Shown here in pieces: positions 10,191 through 19,812 of a stretch of 64,000 bases of DNA. The notes below the pieces were generated by a model that did no database searches, was not told where the DNA came from, and worked only from the letters and a program-made list of their open reading frames with translations. A program made the position numbers and the translations under genes. Position 1 is the stretch's first letter. Each line of letters starts with the position of its first letter. This DNA is from a bacterium (GTDB taxonomy: Bacteria > Zhuqueibacterota > Zhuqueibacteria > Residuimicrobiales > Krinioviventaceae), in contig CAXXFV010000016.1 in NCBI GenBank assembly GCA_963674595.2, forward strand, positions 768,001 through 832,000, read 5' to 3'.

Positions 10191-11879
10191 TTATCGGTTT
10201 TGTTTTACCGGAATGGTGATTAAAAATTCGGTTCCTTTTTCCGAACTGTTAACCTTAATTTCGCCCTGATGTTTTTTAATTATATTATAGGAAATAGATA
10301 ACCCAAGCCCGGTCCCTACACCCACCCCTTTTGTTGTAAAACCTGGATCAAAAATTTTGGACAGATTCTCTTTGGAAATGCCTTCACCCGAATCAGCGAT
10401 GGATATGGTTACTGTTTTACCATCTGTTGATGTTTTTATAGTAATTTTTCCGGTATCTTTAATGGCATGGGCCGCATTTACAAACAGGTTCATAAATACT
10501 TGATTTAGTTCGTTCGGAAAACATTGTACCTCAGGAATAGCACCGTATTGTTTTTCAACGGTAATACGATTTTTTATTTCGTGATGAACGAGTGTTAATG
10601 TGCTATCTATACCTTCATGAATATTGGCAGACTGAAAATCCGCTTCGTCCAACCTTGCAAACATTTTCAGGCTTTTAACGATTTTTGTGATTCGTTCACT
10701 GGCAATAATTGAAACTTGCGAATTTTCTTCTAATAAATGAAATGTTTTAAGCAGCCGCTTGTCCTGGTGAAGATCATTGATGTCTTTTGCCTGTTCCAAG
10801 TAGGTTTTTATTTTTAAAATCGCGCGTTTCATTGTATCGGAAGCACTGTGTACAGCACCTATGGGATTATTTATTTCATGTGCAATGCCGGCAACCAGGT
10901 TTCCCAATGAAGCCATTTTCTCTTTCATAATAAGTTGCTCTTGCGTTTCCTGGAGCTGTAGCATTGCTTTTTCCAGTTCCTGGTTCTTTTTTTCCAGTTC
11001 TACAAATGTGTTCTGCAGTGTCAGGTTTTGCTGTTTTAGCTTTTCAGCCTGTTCTTCGGTTTTTGTTCTTGACTCCTGAAGTGATTTGGTCATATTGTTA
11101 AATGACCGCGAGAGGCTTGCAAATTCATCATCCCCTTTAACAGGTAACCGGACTGTCAGGTCTCCCTGTGAAATTACTCCGGCAGCTTTTTTTAGCTGAT
11201 AGATAGGTACTACAATCATACGTACTAAAATAATGACCATACAAATTGAAATAATAATAGTAATTATAAATATATTAAAGCTTATTTTTTTTGTTTTATG
11301 TAGAGTAACATCCGATGACTGTGCTGCCAGTAATGCATTTTCCTGGTTAACGGAAACCAGTTTTTCAAGATCTGTATTTAAAGCATTAAAAACCGTCAAC
11401 ATTTTTCCGTTTAATAAATCCATAGCCTCGTCTGCGGACCGCGGTAACCTGGCAAGCCTGAAAAACGATAAGCTGAGGTCCTGATATTCTTCCCAGTTCT
11501 GATCAAATTGTTTAAAAAGTTCATTTTCTTCTGTTGAGTAAAGCTTGTTCCCCTTACTATCTGTTTTGAGATTTTCGTAAATATCTAAATTTTTATTAAT
11601 TCGGTCAATTAATGAAATTAAAATAGCTGCCTGGTCTTGTTTTATTTTCGGATCTTCAGATATTACGTATTGAAGCTGGTTAAGTCTTAAAATTGCAATA
11701 TTATAATCAATATTAGATATAGAAACGGCTCTTGGCAACCAAATTCTGGATACTTTATCCAATTGCTCTTTTAGAGAAATGAACTGAATGTTTGTAAAGG
11801 AGACGGATGCTACCATACAAACGATAATAATACCAGCAAAGAAAATTTGTTTTCCGGCAATTTTTAATTTGTGAAACAT
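10191..11879 (-). CDS. Membrane sensor histidine kinase (4HB_MCP-like sensor, HAMP, HisKA, HATPase)
   Basis: Two TM segments; HAMP (GDLTVRLPVKGDDEFASL); H-box GIAHEINNP; N-box NQVFMNLFVNA; DSGEGI; FTTK; GTGLGLS. Confidence 0.93.
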   Translation of the reverse strand: MFHKLKIAGKQIFFAGIIIVCMVASVSFTNIQFISLKEQLDKVSRIWLPRAVSISNIDYNIAILRLNQLQYVISEDPKIKQDQAAILISLIDRINKNLDIYENLKTDSKGNKLYSTEENELFKQFDQNWEEYQDLSLSFFRLARLPRSADEAMDLLNGKMLTVFNALNTDLEKLVSVNQENALLAAQSSDVTLHKTKKISFNIFIITIIISICMVIILVRMIVVPIYQLKKAAGVISQGDLTVRLPVKGDDEFASLSRSFNNMTKSLQESRTKTEEQAEKLKQQNLTLQNTFVELEKKNQELEKAMLQLQETQEQLIMKEKMASLGNLVAGIAHEINNPIGAVHSASDTMKRAILKIKTYLEQAKDINDLHQDKRLLKTFHLLEENSQVSIIASERITKIVKSLKMFARLDEADFQSANIHEGIDSTLTLVHHEIKNRITVEKQYGAIPEVQCFPNELNQVFMNLFVNAAHAIKDTGKITIKTSTDGKTVTISIADSGEGISKENLSKIFDPGFTTKGVGVGTGLGLSISYNIIKKHQGEIKVNSSEKGTEFLITIPVKQNR

Positions 11880-11915
11880 GATAATGTTTTTCCCTTATCC
11901 AGAATATTCAGAGCA

Positions 11916-12329
11916 TTAATCTATGAGTATTAGTGTTTTAACGGAATTGTTTTTAAAACTTGAAGGGACGTAGCCGATAGCCCCTTTATTTTTCAGGATT
12001 TTTTTTATCATTTCTTCTTCAGATTTTAAGGCTGTGGGTGGATCGCCTTCTCCCATCAAAAGTCGTTTCATCCAGATAGATTTCATCCGCGAAGCACTTT
12101 TGCCCAACATTTCAAAGAATATTTTGCGTACAGTAATATTCATTTCATAATCGTACACAATTACCGGTGTACCGTCCTCCCAAACGCGTATATCTCCCGT
12201 ATAATAATCAAGCAGGCGTTCTTTGGAGATTTTTTCCGTTTTATTATCCGGGTGGGTAATTATTGATACCTGACTATGACTCGTGGAACATATAAGTAGA
12301 ATAAATAATATTATAAAATATTTTTTCAT
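11916..12329 (-). CDS. Small exported periplasmic-binding-protein-like protein (PstS-like fragment)
   Basis: 137 aa with signal peptide; W-DG motif (VWEDGTPV) and C-terminal GAIGYV, as in short phosphate-binding-like proteins. Confidence 0.65.
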   Translation of the reverse strand: MKKYFIILFILLICSTSHSQVSIITHPDNKTEKISKERLLDYYTGDIRVWEDGTPVIVYDYEMNITVRKIFFEMLGKSASRMKSIWMKRLLMGEGDPPTALKSEEEMIKKILKNKGAIGYVPSSFKNNSVKTLILID

Positions 12330-12344
12330 GTCTTATCCGTTGGC

Positions 12345-13484
12345 TTAAAAGAAAACCGAAATAGCGACTGAATAAAAGAAAAATTTGTTTGTTGGAATCA
12401 ATTCACTGCAATCACTTTTAATTTTTCCTTTTGCAGCTTGTGCTTTAAGTGTTATTCTATCGTTCAAGTTGTATGAAAGTCCCAGGTTAAAAACACGTAT
12501 ATCAATGTCACCGTTTTTTATGATAAATGATTGTTCATCAGGCATATCAATTGTTGTAAAATTTTCGTCCGTAACCCAATAACTTGTATATGTTAATAAA
12601 CGCTCTGTTAAATAATATCCTAAGGTCATATAATAAAAAGATTTAGCGATTTTTAATTCTTCAATGTCATCATCATAATTGACTTTAATATATTCTGATT
12701 CACCAAAAACAGATTTATAACGATAAGAGATATCCACCCCTAAACGGGTGCGGGGAATCCGGTTAAACCTTGATATCGGCACTTGAAATGCTTGTAAAAC
12801 ATGTTCGTCTACGTTCAGATTCATTTTGTCATGTGAATAGGAAATACCGGTTTTAAATTCGCCATTACGAATTCCAATTCGACCGCCTATAAGAATTGTT
12901 GATGACGTATCTGTTCCTGTCAGGCCTTTATATTTATCGGCATTGATGTTTGGACTGTTTCCCAGATATACTGCATAGTCTATTTTGGATTTATTCCAGG
13001 GAATAAATCCAAAAACCTGAAAATGTGCCCTTGCCGGTAAATATTCATCAAGATCAAGAATTTCTTTAAAAGATGTTTCATAAATTAGCGGTCGAATAAT
13101 ATACGGCAAAAGGGGAGATTTGTTTTTGATTTCATTTAAATTATTAAATATTGGTATCTGTAAACCTAATTTTATATTAAATACACGGCCATATCGATAT
13201 CGGACCCAGGCCTCTTCCAGGTTAAATGAACCCCATTGTTTTATTGAAGAATAATTATTGACCAATTCAAGGTTTACCAATGCAGACCAGTCAGGGGCAA
13301 TATCTTTTTGCATAAATATGTTTAATTGCTGCATTGAAAAAGAGGTTACATCATATTCATTTTCGTAATTGTTGTATTCAAATTGATTTTGAAAATAGCC
13401 AAAGGTTTTTAAAGGGGATTCTGTGATTTGTGGGTAGGCGTTCCATGAAAATAAATACATTAAAAGTAAACTGTATCGACGCAT
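12345..13484 (-). CDS. Outer-membrane porin-like beta-barrel
   Basis: Signal peptide, EEAWVRY motif, amphipathic strands, C-terminal aromatic AISVFF. Confidence 0.7.
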   Translation of the reverse strand: MRRYSLLLMYLFSWNAYPQITESPLKTFGYFQNQFEYNNYENEYDVTSFSMQQLNIFMQKDIAPDWSALVNLELVNNYSSIKQWGSFNLEEAWVRYRYGRVFNIKLGLQIPIFNNLNEIKNKSPLLPYIIRPLIYETSFKEILDLDEYLPARAHFQVFGFIPWNKSKIDYAVYLGNSPNINADKYKGLTGTDTSSTILIGGRIGIRNGEFKTGISYSHDKMNLNVDEHVLQAFQVPISRFNRIPRTRLGVDISYRYKSVFGESEYIKVNYDDDIEELKIAKSFYYMTLGYYLTERLLTYTSYWVTDENFTTIDMPDEQSFIIKNGDIDIRVFNLGLSYNLNDRITLKAQAAKGKIKSDCSELIPTNKFFFYSVAISVFF

Positions 13485-13597
13485 AAATGGTTCTCCTGAA
13501 CGGTTTTTGTTTTATTATTAAAAAAATACATTATATAGAGCATTAAATCAATAATTTAATTTTTCTTTTTTACCGGATTTGTTAGTATTAATGGTGC

Positions 13598-13626
13598 TTG
13601 ACACTCATTTTAGAGTTTAGTACTTT
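13598..13626 (+). promoter_or_regulatory. Putative sigma70 promoter for the GNAT gene
   Basis: TTGACA-N17-TACTTT. Confidence 0.45.
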
Positions 13627-13715
13627 AAAGTTTTAAAAGAGCTTTACTGGTTAATTTAGGTTAGAATAATTATTTTAAAAAATTAATTTACTGTTTTTAA
13701 CCAAAAGGCAATACT

Positions 13716-14537
13716 TTGTTAAACAGTGTTGTGAATATCCGTGATATAAATTATAACGAAATTGATTTTGTTAAGGAATTCCCCCCGGCAGATTGGAATG
13801 CTGATTTACCATCATCAATAAAATTCCATTTTGGTAAAAAATACTTTACTACCATTGTTGCGGAAAAACAGCAACGAATAGTTGGTGTAGCAAATGGCAT
13901 AAATAATAATAATGCTGCATGGCTTGGTAACATTATTGTTGTTCCCGAGTTTTGGCGACAGGGAATAGGGACAAAATTAACCCAAACTTTAATTGAATAT
14001 TATAATGATCGGGATGTTCCCGGTATTTTATTAATAGCGACAGAGGCCGGTGAAAAAGTATACAAGAAATTAGGATTTCAGATCAGCTCCGAGTATATTT
14101 TTTACAAGGGCGGTCCTGTTCCTGAAAAAGATTTTAAAGGTGAAATTGTAAAAATAAATTCTCATTCCATTCAGGATGTTTTGGAAATGGATTGGCGGAT
14201 AACAGGTGAACTTCGTTCAAATTTATTGATGCAATATATTGATAAAAGCTTTTTATATTTAAATACCAGAGGAAAGTTGGAAGGTTATCATATACCAACA
14301 TTTGGAAATGGCTTTATTGGTGCTGAGACAGAATACGCGGGATTGACTTTACTGGCTCAAAAATTGAACAGGCCTGAAAACACTCTAGTCATTCCGCAAA
14401 GTAATGAAACGGCTTTATTGTTTTTGAAAGAGAATGGGTACGAGGAATTTAAACGTGTTCCCAGGATGTTTTTAGGAGAACATGTAGCCTGGAGACCGGA
14501 ATGTATTTACAGCCGGGCATCCGGCGATTGTGGTTAA
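13716..14537 (+). CDS. GNAT N-acetyltransferase
   Basis: Acetyl-CoA motif VVPEFWRQGIGT and YKKLGF. Start codon uncertain. Confidence 0.8.
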   Translation: MLNSVVNIRDINYNEIDFVKEFPPADWNADLPSSIKFHFGKKYFTTIVAEKQQRIVGVANGINNNNAAWLGNIIVVPEFWRQGIGTKLTQTLIEYYNDRDVPGILLIATEAGEKVYKKLGFQISSEYIFYKGGPVPEKDFKGEIVKINSHSIQDVLEMDWRITGELRSNLLMQYIDKSFLYLNTRGKLEGYHIPTFGNGFIGAETEYAGLTLLAQKLNRPENTLVIPQSNETALLFLKENGYEEFKRVPRMFLGEHVAWRPECIYSRASGDCG

Positions 14538-14659
14538 ACAATATAAATATAAAAATTATTTTTGATTTGTAACTTTATTATCTTTAAATTTTAAGGTCGA
14601 GATAAACAAGATTTTATAAAACACATTTGCATGAAAATCAATATGAGGAGAAGTCGCAG

Positions 14660-15841
14660 GTGAGCAATCAAACAAAAAAACTGATGACCGAAAGAGAAAA
14701 TTTTTTAGCAATCTTGAAATATCAAGATTACAGCCATATACCCATCGTACATTTCGGTTTTTGGGATGAATTGCTGGAAAAATGGAGCCAGGAAGGGTAC
14801 ATTCTTACCGAAGAGGCTGAAAACTGGTCGGATGGAAACTATTATGATCTGAAAATTACCAGACATCTTGGTTTTGATTATAACTATCATAATATGTTTT
14901 GCCCAAAATCCCGGATTTTCCCGGAATTTGAGGAAAAAGTTATTGAAAAATTTGATGATGGTACAATGCATTTGCAAAACATAGACGGTGTAATTGTACT
15001 CAAACGCGACGAAGCCGGCTCAATTCCGGGTGAAATAGACCATTTGTTAAAAGACCGTGCTGCCTGGGAAGAGCATTATAAATGGCGATACCAGTTTTCT
15101 CCTAAACGTGTTGAAGATTCAATGGTACGTGTTAATGATAAATTTGTACCATATAATCAAGGCGGACTCGAATTCCTAAAAAAGGATGAGCGAGATTATC
15201 CCTATGGCCTGCATTGCGGCAGTTTATATGGTCAAATTCGTGATGTTATCGGTTTGGTGGGCATCAGCTATATGATGGTTGATGACGAACCCTTGTTTGA
15301 TGAGATTATTGAAACTGTTGCAGATATGAACTATCAGATGGTTAAATATGTTTTGGAAAGTGGCGCCAAATTTGACTTTGCTCATTTTTGGGAAGATATT
15401 TGTTTTAAAAGCGGTCCGCTTATTTCTCCAAAAGTGTTTGATGTTAAAGTCGGTCCTCATTATAAGAGAATAACGGATTTGGTGAAACAGTACGGAATTG
15501 ATATCATTTCTCTTGATTGTGATGGTTTAATCGATGAATTAATTCCTACCTGGTTAAATAATGGTGTAAACACAATGTTTCCAATTGAAGTCGGCACATG
15601 GAATGCCAGTATAGGTCCCTGGCGTGAAAAATATGGCAAAGAAATCCGTGGTGTGGGCGGCGTTAATAAAGTTGTGTTTGCAAAAGACAGAGAGGCCATT
15701 AATAAAGAAATTGAAAGATTAAAACCACTGGTTGAAATGGGAGGGTATATTCCTTGTCCTGATCACCGGTTGCCGACTGATGCAAAATGGGAATTGGTAC
15801 AGTATTATTGTGAACAAATGCGGAATACATTTGAAAAATAG
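14660..15841 (+). CDS. Uroporphyrinogen decarboxylase (URO-D/MtaA-like) family protein
   Basis: WEDICFKSGPLISP, DCDG, GGYIPCPDH. Start set at the GTG after GAGGAG (track start 14627). Confidence 0.8.
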   Translation: MSNQTKKLMTERENFLAILKYQDYSHIPIVHFGFWDELLEKWSQEGYILTEEAENWSDGNYYDLKITRHLGFDYNYHNMFCPKSRIFPEFEEKVIEKFDDGTMHLQNIDGVIVLKRDEAGSIPGEIDHLLKDRAAWEEHYKWRYQFSPKRVEDSMVRVNDKFVPYNQGGLEFLKKDERDYPYGLHCGSLYGQIRDVIGLVGISYMMVDDEPLFDEIIETVADMNYQMVKYVLESGAKFDFAHFWEDICFKSGPLISPKVFDVKVGPHYKRITDLVKQYGIDIISLDCDGLIDELIPTWLNNGVNTMFPIEVGTWNASIGPWREKYGKEIRGVGGVNKVVFAKDREAINKEIERLKPLVEMGGYIPCPDHRLPTDAKWELVQYYCEQMRNTFEK

Positions 15842-16244
15842 TTTTGACGGTAAAAACAGTCTGGTGCTTTTTGACGGTATTTGTTCATTGTGTACGACAT
15901 CTGTACAATTTATTCTGAAACGTGATTCTAAAAAGCGATTTTTGTTTGCATCACTACAGTCGCCTTTTGGACAAGATATCCTTGAAAAATATAAAATAAG
16001 TGGTAAAGTCCGGACAGTTGTTTTGATAGAGAAGGATAAAGTCTTTACAAAAAGTACAGCCGCATTGATAATTACCCGTCACTTGAATGGATTTTGGCCT
16101 TTATTTTATGTTTTTATTTTGCTGCCAAAATGTTTTCGGGACCGTGTATATGATTTTATTGCCAAAAACCGTTTCCGCTGGTTCCCAAAACATAAAGTTT
16201 GTCAGTTTTCTATATCAAAATTTGATGATAGATTTTTAAGTTAG
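15831..16244 (+). CDS. DCC1/YuxK-like thiol-disulfide oxidoreductase
   Basis: VLFDGICSLC, FASLQS, YDFIAKNRFRWF. Start uncertain (in-frame TTG at 15831; track start 15732). Confidence 0.8.
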   Translation: MKNSFDGKNSLVLFDGICSLCTTSVQFILKRDSKKRFLFASLQSPFGQDILEKYKISGKVRTVVLIEKDKVFTKSTAALIITRHLNGFWPLFYVFILLPKCFRDRVYDFIAKNRFRWFPKHKVCQFSISKFDDRFLS

Positions 16245-16269
16245 TCCATTCAACAATTGTGGGTAAATT

Positions 16270-17223
16270 ATGACAAACGACTCAATTAAATTAGGAATCA
16301 GTTCCTGCCTGTTGGGCGAAAATGTACGATATGATGGGGGACATAAATTAGACAGATATTTAACAGATACTTTGGGGCCTTTTGTGGAATGGGTTTCTGT
16401 GTGCCCTGAAGTTGAATGCGGATTGCCGACACCGCGTGAATCCATGCACCTTGTCGGTCGTCCGGAAAATCCTCGCTTGGTGACCACAAAAACCGGGCGA
16501 GATTTAACCGACCGGATGCAGCAATGGATTGTCAAACGTTTGGATGAGCTTGAAAAGGAAAATCTCTGCGGTTTTGTTTTTAAAACAAAATCTCCAAGCT
16601 CAGGGATGCGTGATGTTAAAATTTATAATGAAAAAGGGAGTCCGGCCGGTAAAGGCGCCGGACTTTTTGCCCAGGCATTTATGCAACGGTTTCCTATCAT
16701 TCCCGTTGAAGATGAGGGGCGACTGTGTGATGCTAAAATTCGTGAAAATTTTATCGAGCGGGTTTTTATCTATTATAGATGGTTGCGGTTTGTGAATAAC
16801 AATCCAACAGCCAAGGGGTTTGTTGACTTTCATACCGATAATAAATATTTAATTATGGCACACAGCCCAAAGGTATTGACCGAACTCGGACAAATAACGG
16901 CAAAAGCCCATACCATTTTGAATAGTGATATTTTAAAAATTTATATTACGATTTTAATGGATTGTTTAAAACTTTTGGCAACGGTAAAAAAGCAGGTTAA
17001 TGTCATGCACCATATTATGGGGTATTTTAAAAAAGAATTAACCGCAGATGAAAAACAAGAGCTGCTGCAAGTGATAGAACAATATCATAATGGCCTTGTT
17101 CCCGTTATTGTTCCAATTGTTCTTTTAAAACATTATACCCGTAAATACAACAAGTCTTATTTACAGAGACAAACTTTTCTCAATCCTCATCCGGATGAGC
17201 TGATGTTGAGAAATCATGTTTGA
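16270..17223 (+). CDS. DUF523 (TudS)-DUF1722 (YbgA) fusion, RudS-like thiouracil/thiouridine desulfidase family
   Basis: GISSCLLGENVRYDGGHK, CPEVECG, EDEGRL, RENFIERVF, HIMGYFK. Confidence 0.85.
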   Translation: MTNDSIKLGISSCLLGENVRYDGGHKLDRYLTDTLGPFVEWVSVCPEVECGLPTPRESMHLVGRPENPRLVTTKTGRDLTDRMQQWIVKRLDELEKENLCGFVFKTKSPSSGMRDVKIYNEKGSPAGKGAGLFAQAFMQRFPIIPVEDEGRLCDAKIRENFIERVFIYYRWLRFVNNNPTAKGFVDFHTDNKYLIMAHSPKVLTELGQITAKAHTILNSDILKIYITILMDCLKLLATVKKQVNVMHHIMGYFKKELTADEKQELLQVIEQYHNGLVPVIVPIVLLKHYTRKYNKSYLQRQTFLNPHPDELMLRNHV

Positions 17224-17293
17224 CTTTATTTCGAACCAAACCCAGCTACCTTCATTCAGGGTAATTTTTAGAAAAATGTAATAAAGGACATAA

Positions 17294-18439
17294 ATGAAAT
17301 TAATCGACGTTTTTCGAATAATTACTTTAATTGCCATGTTTCAATTTTTATTTTTTTCAGTATTTCTTTTTACAAAATCAAATAAAAATTTAAGCAATAA
17401 AGTACTCGCTTTTTTCCTGTTAACAAAATCTATTTGTTTATTCGGTATCATTACCCCCTGGTTTAATAAAACTATTTTTACTCATTTCCCATATCTGTTT
17501 TTTATTTCAGGCCTGACTGATTTTCTTTTTGGCCCGCTCATTTATTTTTATGTTAAAAGTTATTTAAATTCTTCTTTTCGTTTTAAAAAGGTCCACCTTT
17601 TACATGCCATCCCGTTTTTACTCTATTTTCTGTATGTTTATTATTATGTTTTTAGTAAAGAGATGTCCGTATTACAAAATTTGCTTCTCAACAATAAGGT
17701 TTTTCCGGTTGTGTTAGAGAATGTCACCGTACTTGCGATTTATATACATGTGATAACTTATATCGTCATTTCCCTGATATTATTTTATAAGCAAAATACA
17801 AAAATAGTAAATTATTTTTCTGAGCCGGTTCATCAAAAAATGAACTGGATGAAAATAGTCCTTTATGGTCTTTTGTTGATTTCGGTTAGTGGATTTTTTA
17901 GTTTTGTTCAATTTCTGATTTTTGATAATTATTTAACAAGTTTGATGATGATTAGAGAAGTTATGTTTTTTGCTTTTGCCAATATTATTGTTTATAAAGC
18001 ATTATGCCAGCCTTTTCTTTTTAATGACTTTTCGGACTTTATAACCGATAAAAAATATACATTATCTGTTGATAAGGACTTGATAGAAAAAGTCCAGTCT
18101 TATATGAGGACACAAAAACCCTATCTTGAACCGGATTTAACATTGGATGATTTGGCATTGGGACTTGGTATTTCTGCAAAAAAAATGTCTTTTATTATCA
18201 ATCAGGAATTTAATATGAATTTTTTCAATTTTATTAACAATTATCGAATTGAAGAATTTAAAAATAATTTTGTTGCAGCCGGGGATTCAAAAACAACAAT
18301 TCTTGAAACAATGTACAAGGTTGGATTTAACAGCAAGTCTGTATTTAATTCTTTTTTTAAAAAACAGACAGGAATGACGCCCAGTGAATTTAAACGATTA
18401 CATCAATCAACTGTTGTGACTGTAGACAATGATGACTGA
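17294..18439 (+). CDS. Membrane-anchored AraC-family transcriptional regulator
   Basis: About 7 hydrophobic segments, then KPYLEPDLTL, NFFNFINNYR, GFNSKSVFN, GMTPSEF. Confidence 0.88.
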   Translation: MKLIDVFRIITLIAMFQFLFFSVFLFTKSNKNLSNKVLAFFLLTKSICLFGIITPWFNKTIFTHFPYLFFISGLTDFLFGPLIYFYVKSYLNSSFRFKKVHLLHAIPFLLYFLYVYYYVFSKEMSVLQNLLLNNKVFPVVLENVTVLAIYIHVITYIVISLILFYKQNTKIVNYFSEPVHQKMNWMKIVLYGLLLISVSGFFSFVQFLIFDNYLTSLMMIREVMFFAFANIIVYKALCQPFLFNDFSDFITDKKYTLSVDKDLIEKVQSYMRTQKPYLEPDLTLDDLALGLGISAKKMSFIINQEFNMNFFNFINNYRIEEFKNNFVAAGDSKTTILETMYKVGFNSKSVFNSFFKKQTGMTPSEFKRLHQSTVVTVDNDD

Positions 18440-18727
18440 GGAATTTTTTCTTGTACTCTAACTTTTTTTATAAACCATTCAATATCTTTTCGTCTTTATC
18501 ATATTTATTTGTCCCGGGGATACTAGTTTTTAATAGTTAATTATTATTTAAAAGGTTCTACTTTTCGCTTTTTCCTTTATCCGGTCGATTTATTCTAGGT
18601 GTTTATTTATCTTTAATCGAATCGGTAAATGTTATTGTATTCTGTTTTCAGAAAAGGCCGTGATAGTGTTTTGAACATGACTCTGATCATAGAATGTTAA
18701 AAGTATTTATATGTTAAAAGAGGTAAT

Positions 18728-19786
18728 ATGGGCAAAGTATTTCAGACTATTTGGGCGGCGATTTTGATGTTGAATGTCACCGTTATTTATTCCGGACAAG
18801 GGTTGTCTTATGTCCCTGAACTTGTCGATGAAGAACCTAAATATGCTGAATATTTGTTTGAAAAAACAAAAATAGCAGGTCAGGACAGTTGTTGTAAGCT
18901 GATTGAAAATTTGGTTTCGGAACTCGAACCAACCCTGAACAAATCCGATAGTCTTGCTATGGAAATAAAAAAAGATAAATTGGGGCAACTTTTTCCAATG
19001 GTCACTACCGAACGCTATACTCATGAAATTGCGACAAAGGTCCTGTTATGGTATTATGCTCAAAATATAAATTCAGATACGGGTATTCAATTTTTATCGC
19101 AAATTTATGATTCATTGGATTGTACCTTTATTTGGCCTCTTTTACATACCTGTGCGGTTAAATGTTCTTCTAAAGCTGATGGCTTGAAAAGTGTTTTAAA
19201 AATTTTGGACCAGCGCAGATGGTGGAGTTTTGTTGATGTTGAATTTTTACAGCAATTTTTACCGGATGCTAGAGAACAATTAGTCGATTATATTCGAAAC
19301 TATCCGTTAAATGAAAATCCCTTAATGGGAGATATATATGGTTATGATTCTTCCGATCTTTTTGCCATACCTTATAGCGAATTTGGGCCGGTGTTTTATT
19401 ATCCGTTGTATAATATTTATTCACGCATAAAATGCAGCCAATTACTGATGGATGAACATATTTTTTCAAAAAAGTTTTTGGAGCAGCAATTAACCGTTAG
19501 TGATAATTTATTTACTAAAATGACGACAAGCGCTGCTTTATGTGCGCGAAATAATCCTAAAGGAATTAATGCGTTATCTGATATATTGGAACAGACCCGA
19601 ATTATAAACAGGGGTATTATTTATGATATTTGTTATTCTTTAAAAGGTGAAATATTAAAAAATGAAAAGGCCACTGAATTAAGCAGGTCCTTACGTACAA
19701 AATTAGATACGTTTTACTTTCCTAAAGCAATATTATTAGCCATGGTGGATGCTGTTGATGTTGAACTGGCAGGATTTAAAGAATAA
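18728..19786 (+). CDS. Hypothetical exported protein
   Basis: 352-aa ORF with GAGG RBS and signal-peptide-like N-terminus; no motif recognised. Confidence 0.6.
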   Translation: MGKVFQTIWAAILMLNVTVIYSGQGLSYVPELVDEEPKYAEYLFEKTKIAGQDSCCKLIENLVSELEPTLNKSDSLAMEIKKDKLGQLFPMVTTERYTHEIATKVLLWYYAQNINSDTGIQFLSQIYDSLDCTFIWPLLHTCAVKCSSKADGLKSVLKILDQRRWWSFVDVEFLQQFLPDAREQLVDYIRNYPLNENPLMGDIYGYDSSDLFAIPYSEFGPVFYYPLYNIYSRIKCSQLLMDEHIFSKKFLEQQLTVSDNLFTKMTTSAALCARNNPKGINALSDILEQTRIINRGIIYDICYSLKGEILKNEKATELSRSLRTKLDTFYFPKAILLAMVDAVDVELAGFKE

Positions 19787-19812
19787 TTTATCAAGAAAAA
19801 GTTGGGAGAAAT

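Noticed and set aside
15732-15830. 110-nt overlap between the URO-D and DCC genes as given in the track
   Set aside because: DCC similarity begins only near 15860; a later start removes most of the overlap.
14660-15841. Calling the URO-D family gene hemE
   Set aside because: It lacks the HemE RQAGR motif and has no tetrapyrrole genes nearby.
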